Made by a program: the position numbers and the translations under genes. A model generated the notes under the pieces. That model saw nothing but the letters and a program-made list of their open reading frames with translations. It made no database searches and was not told where the DNA came from. Positions 30,001 to 45,000 of a DNA stretch of 64,000 nucleotides are shown piece by piece. This DNA comes from Eledone cirrhosa (taxonomy: Eukaryota): contig OZ024741.1 of NCBI GenBank assembly GCA_964016885.1, forward strand, positions 401,698,001 through 401,762,000, in the 5' to 3' direction. Each line of letters opens with the position of its first letter. Within the stretch, counting starts at the first letter, position 1.

Positions 30001-33000
30001 TGTAGCTAATTATATCCACTATATTCTAGATATTCTATGATATTAACTTACCCACATCTCTTTCTACAGAATACCAAACATATTCGGAACAAAGGACCAG
30101 ATGATATTATCAAGATACCTTTTGGTACCACTGTCAATAGTATAACATTAAAATTTTATACTGTTAAACTAGATTGTCAGATGTCTGTAACAGTATCAGT
30201 TATGGGATGTTTTGAATCAAGTAAGTGTGATTGTTATTTTTAAAACATATATTTCCATCAAAACATTGTAAATAATACCAGATAAAATAAATACTATTGT
30301 ATTTAATAATTGTTTCTACTTTAGGCACAAGGCCAGCAATTACCCAGTGCATTACAAATAAAGTACCAGTAATGCACTGGGTAATTGCTGGCCTTGTGCC
30401 TAAAGTAGAAACAATTATTAAATACAATAGTATTTATTTTATCTGGTATTATTTACAATGTTCTGTTTGATCCTGTTTTAAAAATATTGTTAAATTATAC
30501 TAGTTAAAATATATCTAGTAATAGTATAATATATAAATATTTCCATATAAAGAATCTAATTGTACTTTTATATCATCTTTCTAGAATCTACCATTGCAGC
30601 AGCACCTACAGCTACAGGTATGTACAGGGCTTAGAATTGAAATGTATTTAGTATCTATGTTACATCATAATCATTGTTTTTACATCAGTTTTCTCAAACT
30701 TGCATGTGTTGGATGGGTCTTTCTCAGCTCGGCATCTCTCCACGTGTTGTGATCCTTTGTCATCTCCTCTGTAAGTCTCAGTGATTTGAGATCAGCCCTC
30801 ACCACCTCTGCCTTGATCTTTCTTGGTCTACCTCTATTGCGGCTTCTTTCCACTGGCATTTCCAGTTTATATCTACTCTTCTATGTATTGAGCAGGGCCT
30901 CTTCTCTGGTGGAATCAGAGTCCTATCTTCTTTCCTACTCAGTAGCACTTTAGTTTTGACTAAGTTTACTATCAGACCTTTGGAGTCCAAATTTTGTGTC
31001 ACTGTTGAAACTTATTTTCTAGTTCTTTTATGGATTCGGCTATAAGGACCATATCATCTGCTTAGAGAAGTTCCCATGGACAGCAGTCTTATACTCCTCT
31101 GGAGAACTATAATGAACAGTAGGGGCTAAGAACTGAATCTTGATGAACTCCAACCAGTACCTTAAATTCCTCACTAAATTCACTTCCTTCTCTCACTTTA
31201 CTGACAGCTCCTCTATACATGGCTTGCACAGCTCTCACAAGCAATTCTTCTACACCTAATTTCCTTAAAGATCATCAGAAAATAAATCGAGGTACTCTAT
31301 GAAAGGCCTTTTCTAGATCAATAAAAGCTAAATATAGCGACTTATTTTTGGCAAGGAACTTCTCTTGTAATTGCCTCAGTAGAAAGAGGACATCTGTGTA
31401 TTTTGCCAGGCATAAAGCCAAACTACATCTAGTCTAATTTGACTCTTTCTGTCACTTTCATAACTTGGTTCATTAGTTTTATTCCTCTGTAGTTGCTCCT
31501 TTATAGGGCAACATATATGTGGGGGAGGAGGGGGGGTCCATTAAATGGATTAGCATTACCTAAATTTTCACTGATTGAAAATTTAATATTGTTGTTGTTT
31601 TATTTCTGTAAATACAGAGTCTTGGTGTGTGTTTAATGATGGTTTAGCTGATGCCTCATTAATAAGAAGTTTGGATATTAAGACTTCAAGTAATGAAGAA
31701 TATGTCAATTCAATCAGACCTGGTGGAAAAGGATGGAAACCTGCTCTCACTGATACTAAACGTACTGTAAGACTTTTTGTAGGAGATTCTCTAAGATATG
31801 GTGGATCAATAAGGTTACTCCATACTAAATATGTTGAGAAGTTTGATGTCATACTCTCTGATGGACAGGTAAATTATATCTTTATTTGAAATTATTTCAT
31901 TATGTTACACCAATTAATTATTAGCTGTTAATATATTAATTAGTTTATAATAAATGTTTTATGTGGTTGCCATTTGGTACCTTTTAATTTCTGCTCCAGA
32001 AAACCTTTAATTAAAGGCTTTCCAGTCACGATTGTTCCCCAACAACACTTTCCTTCTCTAGAATAGTGTAACCCAGACAAAACCAACCAATATATTTCCT
32101 TCTCTAGAATAGTGTAACCCAGACAAAACCAACTAATATATTTCCTTCTCTAGAATGGTGTAACCCAGACAAAACCAACCAATATATTTCCTTCCTTAGA
32201 ATGGTGTAACCCAGACAAAACCAACCAATATATTTCCTTCCTTAGAATGGTGTAACCCAGACAAAACCAACCAATATATTTCCTTCCTTAGAATGGTGTA
32301 ACCCAGACAAAACCAACCAATATATTTCCTTCCTTAGAATGGTGTAACCCAGACAAAACCAACCAATATATTTCCTTCCTTAGAATGGTGTAACCCAGAC
32401 AAAACCAACCAATATATTTCCTTCCTTAGAATGGTGTAACCCAGACAAAACCAACCAATATATTTCCTTCCTTAGAATGGTGTAACAGAGTCCACATTAA
32501 TGAAGATATTTTCCAATTCTTTTAGGTATAATAGAACGATTAGAAATAGTTTTGATTTTGCAATATTTGCTGGTTGTTTGACCAAATTTCTAAATATTCA
32601 ACTTTATGATTTTGCTAAATACATTTTCAACTGATATTTTCCTAAAGTTTCCCATGTGTAACAACACCCAGGTTTCTTCTTTCTGTAACACCCACCCAGG
32701 CATGGCTTAGTGGTTAGAGCATTGGGCTTGCAATCGAAAGGTTGTGAGTTCAATTCTCGGACCGAGTGATGTGTTGTTTCCTTGAGCAAGACACTTTATT
32801 TCACGTTGCTCCAGTTTACTCAGCTGTAGAAATGAGATGATAGGACTGGGGTCCCTATCATTAAATTACCCAAGACACCTCCAACGAGATATACCTTGGA
32901 GGAGGCCAGCTAAACCTGCATAGGTGTGAGCTGTCACACACACACACACATAGGTGTGAGCTGTCACACACACACACACATAGGTGTGGGCTGTCACACA

Positions 33001-36000
33001 CACACACACACACATAGGTGTGGGCTGTCACACACACACACACACATAGGTGTGGGCTGTCACACACACACACACACATAGGTGTGGGCTGTCACACACA
33101 CACACACATAGGTGTGGGCTGTCACACACACACACACACATAGGTGTGGGCTGTCACACACACACACACATAGGTGTGGGCTGTCACACACACAGACACA
33201 TAGGTGTGGGTTGTCACACACACACACACATAGGTGTGGGCTGTCACACACACACACACATAGGTGTGGGCTGTCACACACACACACACATAGGTGTGGG
33301 CTGTCACACACACACACATAGGTGTGGGCTGTCACACACACACACACATAGGTGTGAGCTGTCACACACACACACACATAGGTGTGGGCTGTCACACACA
33401 CACACATAGGTGTGAGCTGTCACACACACACACACACATAGGTGTGGGCTGTCACACACACACACATAGGTGTGGGCTGTCACACACACACACACACATA
33501 GGTGTGAGCTGTCACACACACACACATAGGTGTCGGCTGTCACACACACACACACATAGGTGTGGGCTGTCACACACACACACACACATAGGTGTGGGCT
33601 GTCACACACACACACATAGGTGTGGGCTGTCACACACACACACACATAGGTGTGGGCTGTCACACACACACACACATAGGTGTGAGCTGTCACACACACA
33701 CACATAGGTGTGAGCTGTCACACACACACACACACATAGGTGTGAGCTGTCACACACACACACACACATAGGTGTGGGCTGTCACACACACACACACATA
33801 GGTGTGGGCTGTCACACACACACACATAGGTGTGAGCTGTCACACACACACACATAGGTGTGAGCTGTCACACACACACATAGGTGTGGGCTGTCACACA
33901 CACACACACACATAGGTGTGGGCTGTCACACACACACATAGGTGTGGGCTGTCACACACACACACACACATAGGTGTGGGCTGTCACACACAACACCCAC
34001 ATAGGTGTGGGCTGTCACACACACACACACATAGGTGTGGGCTGTCACACACACACATAGGTGTGGGATGTCACACACACACACACACATAGGTGTGGGC
34101 TGTCACACACACACACATAGGTGTGGGCTGTCACACACACACACACACATAGGTGTGGGCTGTCACACACACACACACACATAGGTGTGAGCTGTCACAC
34201 ACACACACATAGGTGTGGGCTGTCACACACACACATAGGTGTGGGCTGTTACACACACACACACATAGGTGTGGGCTGTCACACACACACACACATAGGT
34301 GTGGGCTGTCACACACACACACACATAGGTGTGGGCTGTCACACACACACACACATAGGTGTGGGCTGTCACACACACACACACATAGGTGTGGGCTGTC
34401 ACACACACACACACATAGGTGTGGGCTGTCACACACACACACACATAGGTGTGGGCTGTCACACACACACACACATAGGTGTGGGCTGTCACACACACAC
34501 ACACACACATAGGTGTGGGCTGTCACACACACACACACATAGGTGTGGGCTGTCACACACACACACACATAGGTGTGGGCTGTCACACACACACACACAT
34601 AGGTGTGGGCTGTCACACACACACACATAGGTGTGGGCTGTCACACACACACACACACATAGGTGTGGGCTGTCACACACACACACACACATAGGTGTGA
34701 GCTGTCACACACACACACACACATAGGTGTGGGCTGTCACACACACACACACACATAGGTGTGGGCTGTCACACACACACACACATAGGTGTGGGCTGTC
34801 ACACACACACACACATAGGTGTGGGCTGTCACACACACACACATAGGTGTGGGCTGTCACACACACACACACACACATAGGTGTGGGCTGTCACACACAC
34901 ACACACACACATAGGTGTGGGCTGTCACACACACACACACACACACATAGGTGTGGGCTGTCACACACACACACACACACATAGGTGTGGGCTGACACAT
35001 ATAGGTGTGGGCTGTCACACACACACACACATAGGTGTGGGCTGTCACACACACACACACATAGGTGTGGGCTGTCACACACACACACACATAGGTGTGG
35101 GCTGTCACACACACACACACATAGGTGTGGGCTGTCACACACACACACACATAGGTGTGGGCTGTCACACACACACACACATAGGTGTGGGCTGTCACAC
35201 ACACACACACATAGGTGTGGGCTGTCACACACACACACACATAGGTGTGGGCTGTCACACACACACACACATAGGTGTGGGCTGTCACACACACACACAC
35301 ACACATAGGTGTGGGCTGTCACACACACACACACATAGGTGTGGGCTGTCACACACACACACACATAGGTGTGGGCTGTCACACACACACACATAGGTGT
35401 GGGCTGTCACACACACACACACACATAGGTGTGGGCTGTCACACACACACACACACATAGGTGTGAGCTGTCACACACACACACACACATAGGTGTGGGC
35501 TGTCACACACACACACACACATAGGTGTGGGCTGTCACACACACACACACATAGGTGTGGGCTGTCACACACACACACATAGGTGTGGGCTGTCACACAC
35601 ACACACACACACATAGGTGTGGGCTGTCACACACACACACACACACATAGGTGTGGGCTGTCACACACACACACACACACATAGGTGTGGGCTGACACAT
35701 ATAGGTGTGGGCTGTCACACACACACACACATAGGTGTGGGCTGTCACACACACACACACATAGGTGTGGGCTGTCACACACAACACCCACCATAATTAC
35801 ATAAAACTGTTTAGTGTTTCATTTATATAGTGGTGTATTGTGAAGTAAATTTCTAAAATAGAAAATATGGTGACAAAAAACACCCAGTCCACTCTGTAAA
35901 CTGGTCATGTTGGTGACATAATAAAAATCACCCAGTTCACCCTGTAAATGTAGTTGGCTTTAGGAAAGGCATTCAGCCATAGAAACAGTTCTGTGTGAGC

Positions 36001-39000
36001 AAGACATGGTCACCTGATCTGACTTGCCCCACAATGGGTCAACTCATCTGAGTCAAGCTAGCATGGAAAAATGGATGTTAATCAGTGATTATTATGATGT
36101 TGAAGATGATGATGATGATGATAACTGACCTACATCTCTTTCTACAGCAGAATACCAAACATATTCGGAACAAAGGACCAGATGATATTATCAAGATACC
36201 TTTTGGTACCACTGTCAATAGTATAAACTTAAAATTTTATACTGTTAAATCAGATTGTCAGATATCTGTAACAATATCAGTTATGGGGTGTTTTGAATCA
36301 AGTAAGTGGGGTTGTTATTTTTAAAACATACTTTACAATACTGCATTACATTGTTATAATATATATCATAAGTCATATATATAATATACATTATAACAAT
36401 ATTTAAGACAATTGTTATAAGATATATCATAAGTCATCTAAACTATAATAAAGTAAGGAGTGCAGGACTGCGGACGGTTTATAATTTTGTATCCCGTTAG
36501 TAAAATAAGTTGGATTACTTTCAATAAATAATGAATGAATATTACATAATTTATCTACGAAATTTCATGGCTGTTCATTAAATATATTTTATTACTTATT
36601 TTAAGATTCACTTCTTTAAAATTTTCAAATGTCAACACTTCCGGTTAGCGATCGCTTAAATAAATATTCATATATTTCCGTACACTAATTTTCTCCTAAT
36701 GCAGTTTATATATAATATCGGTTTTTTTTTATGTATCATGGATTACGTTACTGATTACATAAGACAGTGTAACACAGTCTTCGTTCAATTTCTGTGTATC
36801 TTGTCAATTACGATTTTATTTGATGTATCATATCTACATGTATATATACTTGCGTAATACACACTACACGTGCTAGCAGAAACCCACCCGAAGAGTGGTT
36901 TTTCTGCTAGTATATATAATATATATTATAACATTATTTAAGACAACTGTAATAAGATATATCATAAGTCATATATATATAATAAACATTATAACAAAAT
37001 TTAAGACAATTGTTAGTCAGTGTGATAGCAAATAACCTGAAGCAACATAATATATAATTGTTTTATGTAGCCAATTTCTCAGACTTTTACAAAATGCTGA
37101 TAAAGTTAATATAAAGAATGGTGTGCTCATGTGCATAGATGTTATAAACTAGCTTTACAAAATCGGGTGAAGATCCTTAAAGATGGAAAAAGTGCATAGC
37201 CAGTATCTCGGAGATAGGGGTTTGGTTCCTCATAGCGACTGATTGCTACTTCTTTTTCCATCTTTAAGGGTGTCACCCTATTTTTTAAAAGCTATTTTAT
37301 AGTATCCCCAAGCATCGACACACTACTGTATATAATTGTTTTAATTTCTGGAGTCTAAATATTTTTTACTCTTTTTACTTTAGAATCTACAACAGAAGCA
37401 GCAGCAACAGCTACAGGTATGTAGTATAGGACATCAACACTTATGTAACTACACTTGTTACGATGTGATTGGTTTAAGCTTAGTAATGTTGAGTAGCTCA
37501 TTGATAAAGATATTGATGGCTTACTTAGTTTGAATAAATATTGTTGTATTATTTTTGTTGAGGCCTTGTTAAGTAAATAGTTTTGTTTCTTTCTGTAAAT
37601 ACAGAGTCTTGGTGTGTGTTTAATGATGGTTTAGCTGATGCCTCATTAATAAGAAGTTGGGATATTAAGACTTCAAGTAATGAAAAACATGTAAATTCAA
37701 TCAGACCTGGTGGAAAAGGATGGAAACCTGCTCTCAATGATACTAAACGTACAGTGAGAATTTTTGTAGGAGATTCTTTAAGATATGGTGGATCAATAAG
37801 GTTACTCCATACTAAATATGTTGAGAAGTTTGATGTCATACTCTCTGATGGACAGGTAAATTATATCTTTATTTGAAATTATTTCATTGTTTTAAACCAA
37901 TTAATAATTATGTTACAAGCCACCTATCCTTCGCAGTCCTTTCAGTCAAATCATCAAAACTGCAGGCGGCCTGAAAGCTGATGAGTGAATTTAAATGGTT
38001 GTGATCTCCTATCATCCATTCTATTTGTTTCTTCCTATCTATTCTTCGAGTAGCTGATTTTTATGCTTTGAGGTAATGTTTTCCACAATGCCGTTTCGGT
38101 GGCATTTTGCTGTTTTAACAGCTTCCTTATGCTGAGTTTTTCCATTTTCCTACGAATAATTATTAGTATTTTATGGTTTGTCTTCCTGTTATATCTACTA
38201 TAAGATTCTGGAAAAAATCTTATTTAAACATTTCATTTATATTTTAATAAGCTGTAATGTAACTTTATAAAACAGACAGTGTTAACTTAAATATATCTCT
38301 TTCTACAGATTACAAAGAACATACCTAACAATGGACCAGATTATATTATCAAGATACCTTTTGGTACCACTGTCACCAGTATACAATTAAAATTTTATTC
38401 TGTTAAACCAGATTGCTATATGTCTGTAACAGTATCAATTATGGGATGTTTTGAAACACGTAAGTATGATTGTTTTCAAATATACTTTATATCAGAATAT
38501 TGGTATGTTGAGTTAAAATTATGAAAACCTAATATTATATATTATGATTATACACCATTCCTCTTTAACTGTCATTCATCTTTAACTAATATTATATAAG
38601 ATGTAGGAGGGTCGGGTTAAAAGTTCATAGGCTGACCAAGATACTCTCATGGAATGACCATATAATAGGGTTACTGGGTTGTATGAATATAACAGGAGAC
38701 TCAGTTGTATGTACAATGTTTATTTAACAAGGTTGAGTTATGCAGAGCAGAATAGTTGACAGGCCAAGATTAGATGAAAGAACGAATTAAAGTTATTTGT
38801 ATTACCGTTTTGAAGTCATCTCGCAAGAGACCAAGTGGTCTTTACATTACCATTGTTCAGGTTGCCAGAGAGTATAGCCTCGGCGAACGCGCCTGGCCGA
38901 AGGGCCAGGCTAGTTAGAAGAGAGTGAGATAGCCCTGAGCTATCCCTTTTATGGGGTCCCAGGACGGAAGTGACAAAGAAGGTTCTGCCACCCCAACCGG

Positions 39001-42000
39001 AAGTAACTCCAGCTACTTCCTGTCTAGAGAGCGGTGATGTGATTGTCATAACAAGGGAGGCAACTCTTGCTACATTATCTCCCGCCAGATTTTTAAAATA
39101 TAAAAATCGAATGAACCATGTATGGAGTAAGATGGCGAGCATGTGTAACACCAAAGTCCAGGCATGAGAATTACAAAAAAAAAAATAGTCAACCGCTATT
39201 GGCTAGAGAACGACTGGACATCTATCTATCCATCACATAAAGATACAATGTAATCAAAAGAAGAGGTCAAAGGAGCAAAGAAACGTACTCGAACATAGTT
39301 ATTAACAAAGTTCAAATGTTCAAAATACAGTTCACAGGTGACAGCAGGAAAGTGTGTTCCAGAGAATGTATGCAGGTGGTTTCTGGACTGTGGTACAACG
39401 TGAAATTCCCAATCTCCGAAGGGATTTTCTCACAGGAAGAGTGTTGCAAAAATAAATTCTCTGTCTTGTTCTGCTGGTTTTGGTTGTTGCTGTTGTTGTC
39501 TCGTGGAGTGAGCCTATTCGATGTTGCTTAAATTCACAGTAAATAGTTTCCCAGAAAAAATGAGTTGTTGTCTCGCAGAGTGAGATAACTCTTTCAAAGT
39601 TGTTTCAAATTAAAGTAAAGATTTTCCCAGAAAAAATGAGTTGCGCAAAGTGCTAGAAATAACAGCCAAAGTTGATTGTCGATGTTGAGAACGCGTTGAC
39701 CTGGAAGGGCCAGCAACCAAAAAAATAATCATTCTGAATAAATGCGCAGTTTTCAACGGCAAATTTACGTGGTAAATTTTTAAACCGGCAAATAAGAGAA
39801 TATAGCTTAAGACTGGAGAATCCTTGGCAAGAAACATTATCTATGGCGTGTGTTATCTCAGTGAGTCGAGATGTGTGGTGCCACACGTGCCGAAACAAGG
39901 TTAAAGTCAAGTTGAAAAAAAAATATTTCTATTGCGCGAGAAAATGGCGCAAAAATGATAGTGCAACAGGTCGTTGGCAGCCATTTTGAAAAATTTGTGT
40001 GTGAACGTGAAAACATGATGAAAAGGAAGGAAAGGCTTTGTATATGGCGAGAGTTCCATTTTTTTTTTTTTTTGAAAGTGATGAAAAAGTAGCGACATTT
40101 AAACGATGTAAACACGTTAGGTGAAGAACAAAATTTTTTCTTGTTTGTTTGCTGCTGAGAAAAAGATTACTTCTATTTTTCGTTTTAGACAAAATCCATG
40201 TGGAATGTTAATCCATGTGGAATGTTAGAGAAATTTTTTCTTTTTGAAATACCGCTAATTAATTTTCTTTTTTTTTTTTTCACATTTACACAACACCAGA
40301 TCCTATTATTTTTTTCTCGGGGTCACCACTTATAACAGGGTGACTGAGGTTGTATGTACAATATTTATTTAACACGGTTGAGTTATGCAGAGCAGAATAG
40401 TTGACATGCCAAGATTAGATGAAAGAACGAATTAAAGTTATTTGTATTACCGTTTTGAAGTCATCTCGCAAGAGACCAAGTGGTCTTTACATTACCATTG
40501 TTCAGGTTGCCAGAGAGTGTAGCCTCGGCGAACACGCCTGGCCGAAGGGCCAGGCTAGTTAGAAGAGAGTGAGATAGCCCTGAGCTATCCCTTTTATAGG
40601 GTCCCAGGACAGAAGTGACGAAGGTTCTGCCACCCCAACGGGAAGTAACTCCAGCTACTTCCTGTCTAGAGAGCGGTGATGTGATTGTCATAACAAGGGA
40701 GGCAACTCTTGCTACATTATCTCCCGCCAAGGGCCAGGCAGGCTAGAAGAGAGAGAGACAGATTTCGTATGTCTCTTTTATAGGGTCCCAGGACGGAAGT
40801 GACAAAGAAGGTTCTGCCACCCCAACGGGAAGTAACTCCAGCTACTTCCTGTCTAGAGAGCGGTGATGTGATTGTCATAACAAGGGGAGGCAACTCTTGC
40901 TACAACCAAATAAGGTTTATTTTTCAACAAATACATTTATTAATAAGAAGAGTTGAAATTAATGCATGCAAGATTTCACAGCTCTATCATCATTCCTTCA
41001 TAGTCAGCTTATGAACTTTTCAACTGACTCTTGTATATTATGTAAAGTATTATGTCATCTGTGACTGATGTCATGTATTGTCATCTGTAACAGATGTCAT
41101 GTATCATGTCATCTGTAACAGATATGTATCAAGTCATCTGTAACAGATAGGTATCATGTCATCTGTAACAGATATGTATCACGTCGTCTGTAACAGATAT
41201 GTATCATGTCATCTGTAACAGATATGAATCATGTCGTCTGTAACAGATATGTATCACATCGTCTGTAACAGATATGTATCACGTCGTCTGTAACAAATAT
41301 GTATCACATCATCTGTAACTGATATGTATCATGTCATCTGTAACAGATATGTATCATGTCATCTGTAACAGATATCATATATTATGTCATCTGTAACAGT
41401 CGTCTTGTATTATGTCATCTGAAACAGACATCTTGTATTATGTCATCTGTAACAGACATCTTGTATTATGTCATCTGTAACAAACATCTTGTATTATGTC
41501 ATCTGTAACAGATATGTATTATATCATCTTTTACTGGTACCATACATTATATGGCAGTCATATTTAGATGTCATTCTTCTTTAACAAAATTCCTTTTTTG
41601 TTTTTAAATCTCTTCTCTCTAGAATCTACAACTAAAGCAGCAACAACAGCTACAGGTATGGAATTCAACATTTTTACAGTTGTTCTATAGTAATTTTACC
41701 ATTATAAAATACACCCAGTACACTCTGTAAACTTATGATGCTGTTTTCACTATAAAATACATTTAGTACACTCTGTAAATTGGCAGTGTTGGTTCCTTGA
41801 TAAAATACACTCAGTACAATCTGCAACGTTATGGTGATGGTGCCACTATAAAATACATCCAGTACACTCTGCAAAGTGGCAATGTTGGTTCCTTGATAAA
41901 ATGTATGCAGTGCATTCTGCAAAATATTTAGCATTAAGAAATGTATCCCACCATAAAAACTATATCAATATATAGAACATATGAACAAGAAGTTCAACTT

Positions 42001-45000
42001 TACCTTTCATCCTTTTGGGGTCAATAAAAAAATACCAGTCTAGTACTGGGGTCAATTCTTCCTCTAATATCCCTTTCTCACTTCCTCTCACATTCTCTCT
42101 GGAAGAAATCTGCTGTGTTCAGAGCTGGAGTGGAGATGGGCTCCATCAGGTTTAATAAAACATACTCCAGAAATGCTGTATGTCACTACATTGCCCCTAC
42201 AACTTCATCAGGAGTTACTGGTTTCTTATATAAATCAATTTATGGATGATAATCGTCACAATATATATATTAAGTTCTCCCAATGTATTATTATAAATAT
42301 ATATTTGTTTCTAACCCTAACACTTCCTTTCCCTCTACATCACTTTCACTTGAAATTAGATATTTCTGTGTAGTTGCTTTTATATATATATATATATATG
42401 TATGTGTAGGAGGTGAGTTTTTATTGTAGCACAATAAAGCAATTTTTTACGTACACATATTACATTACACAAAAACAAACTTAAACCCTAACTAATTCCT
42501 CTAAATTCATAACTCATTCATTCTTCTCCTTCTTTTCACATTATATCCTTAATATCATTAATATTTTTATTTTAATAATACATATTAATAAATTCTTTTC
42601 TTCGCACATATTAAACCCTTCAATATACAAACCTTAATTTAATACTATTCTTAATTCCTTTTTCTTCATGCATAAACCTCATTAACTTTTAATTTCAAAA
42701 TCTTTTAAATTATCTATTATCTTCCAACAGCTTTTTAATTTCTCTCTGTGAGACAATATTTTTTTCTCAGTTGTAAAGGCTACCTCTCTCTCTCTATCAC
42801 CCATCTCTCCTCCTCTCTCATCCTTCCTTCTTATACTCCTCCCCCACCATCCTTTACTCTTATTTCTTCCTCTTCCTTACCTTTTCCAACCCCCCTCACT
42901 TTTTCCCAATCTCATACATCCATCTTAATTTATTTTTCATATATTGATTTAAAACTTCACTATTCACACGCGTTTTTTAAGCTTCATATCATGTCTCTCT
43001 ATTTTATCTGATGAGAACGCAGATATCATCCCATGATGGTATTTGTTTTTGAAATGCGCATAATAAAATACTTGGAACTCTTTTAACCATCTTTTGATCT
43101 TATATTATATATATATGTATGTATGTATATGTATGTGTGTGTGTGTAGCATACATATAGAATTCACCTTCACCCTCACCCACCTCCTCCCATACACCTCT
43201 CATGAGCACAGGTGGAAGCATACATCCAGTATGCACCACCTTCACCTTCATCCCTCCTTCCACACACCTCCCACCCCCTAACACTCTACCCCTCACACAC
43301 GCCCATATACTTACCTCCCTAATCCCCACACACTCTTCCCACTAAAACCCCCAGCCCACACTGCAAAGTGGTCCTGTAGGTGTCACAACAACAAGCACCC
43401 AGTACTCACTATAAATGTGGTTGGCATTAGGAAGGGTATCCAGCCATAGAAACCAAACCAAAATTGGTTCTGTATGAGCAAGAAATGGTCACCTGACATC
43501 AACTTGCCTGAAATAGGATAATCTGTCTAACCCATGCTAGCGTGAAAAATGGATGTTAAATGGTGATGTGTGTGTGTGTGTGTGTGTAAATGTTGAAGTG
43601 TATGTCTGTCTTTTACCTTCAGTATTTCAGCTTTAATTGATTAAAAAATTAAGTTGTTGCCTTTCTCTGCCCGAGTGACATATATACTACTGACCCAATT
43701 GGTCACTTTCCTTCTGGTATAGCTATCTAGATACTCTCTCTACAGCTTCAACAATTCTTTTGATGGCTTCCACCCAGATACTCACTCTATCTGTTGCAGA
43801 CCGCGCATCAACATGAGATATTCTTCTCCACAAAGTTTGATCACCAACAACAGAGTTTAAAGAGCAAAGGATAAGTCCAGTCCATAAGCTGACATTATCA
43901 AGCCAGAGTTTTCGCTGTTGACCCTTGCTTCTTTTACCGGTTAACTTTCCTTCCAAGCATAACTTACTCATACCATGAGTTGATCTTTTGATATGACCAT
44001 ATAGTTAAAGTATTCTTGACTTGATAACTGATGTGATTGGTTTAAGCTTGGAAATGTTGTGTAGCTCATTGATAGAGATATTGATGGCTTACCTAACCTT
44101 AATAGTATGAATAAGTATTGTATTACTTTTGTTAACACAGAGTCATGGTTGAGCCATTGTTAAGTAAATAGTTTTGTTTCTTTCTGTAAATACAGAGTCT
44201 TGGTGTGTGTTTAATGATGGTTTAGCTGATGCCTCATTAATAAGAAGTTGGGATATTAAGACTTCAAGTAATGAAGAATATGTCAATTCAATCAGACCTG
44301 GTGGAAAAGGATGGAAACCTGCTCTCAATGATACTAAACGTACTGTAAGAATTTTTGTAGGAGATTCTTTAAGATATGGTGGATCAATAAGGTTACTCCT
44401 TACTAAATATGTTGAGAAGTTTGATGTCATACTTACTGATGGACAGGTAAATTATGTTTCTTTGAAATTATTTAAATATTCAAAATTGATTAGTAATTAG
44501 CTATTAATATATTAATTAAATTATCATTTAGAAATTTCTAATGTATTTACAATTGTTTATCTACATGTCAACCTTGATCCAACAAGTTTATAATTACAGG
44601 TCCACTGAATATAAACAAAATCTTTGAGTACATGGAAGCTAGGAAAATATTCAACAAGAGAAACTTCTTTCCTATTTTCTTTTTCGTTTTTTTATAACAT
44701 AATCTGCCTCCCATTTCAATTTTTTTCCCCCTAAAATATAATTTTTTCTTATTACTTGTCTCACTAGCTCATTTTCATTATCCACTGTAAGGAGTACTCA
44801 ATACTTTCCCTAGTCTGTCATGGCTTACATCTCTATATGGATGTTTAAATTGATTAAATAATTAAATATAGTTTGGCCTTGATCATCACAACTTTTATCA
44901 GCTATTCTGTAGGTGTGACTATATAAGTTATGTCTTTCCTATTTTAATATGTTAGACTGTGTTTTGAATAAACTTTTACTGCTATTTCTTGTGAGTCAAA

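Noticed and set aside
32699-32770. tRNA gene-like sequence (also near 11042 and 53672)
   Set aside because: No clean acceptor stem; followed by a shared SINE body.
32861-35787. His/Thr and Cys/Val-rich ORFs; CRISPR-like appearance
   Set aside because: Translations of (CA)n tracts; the spacers are only CA repeats, no cas genes, eukaryotic context.
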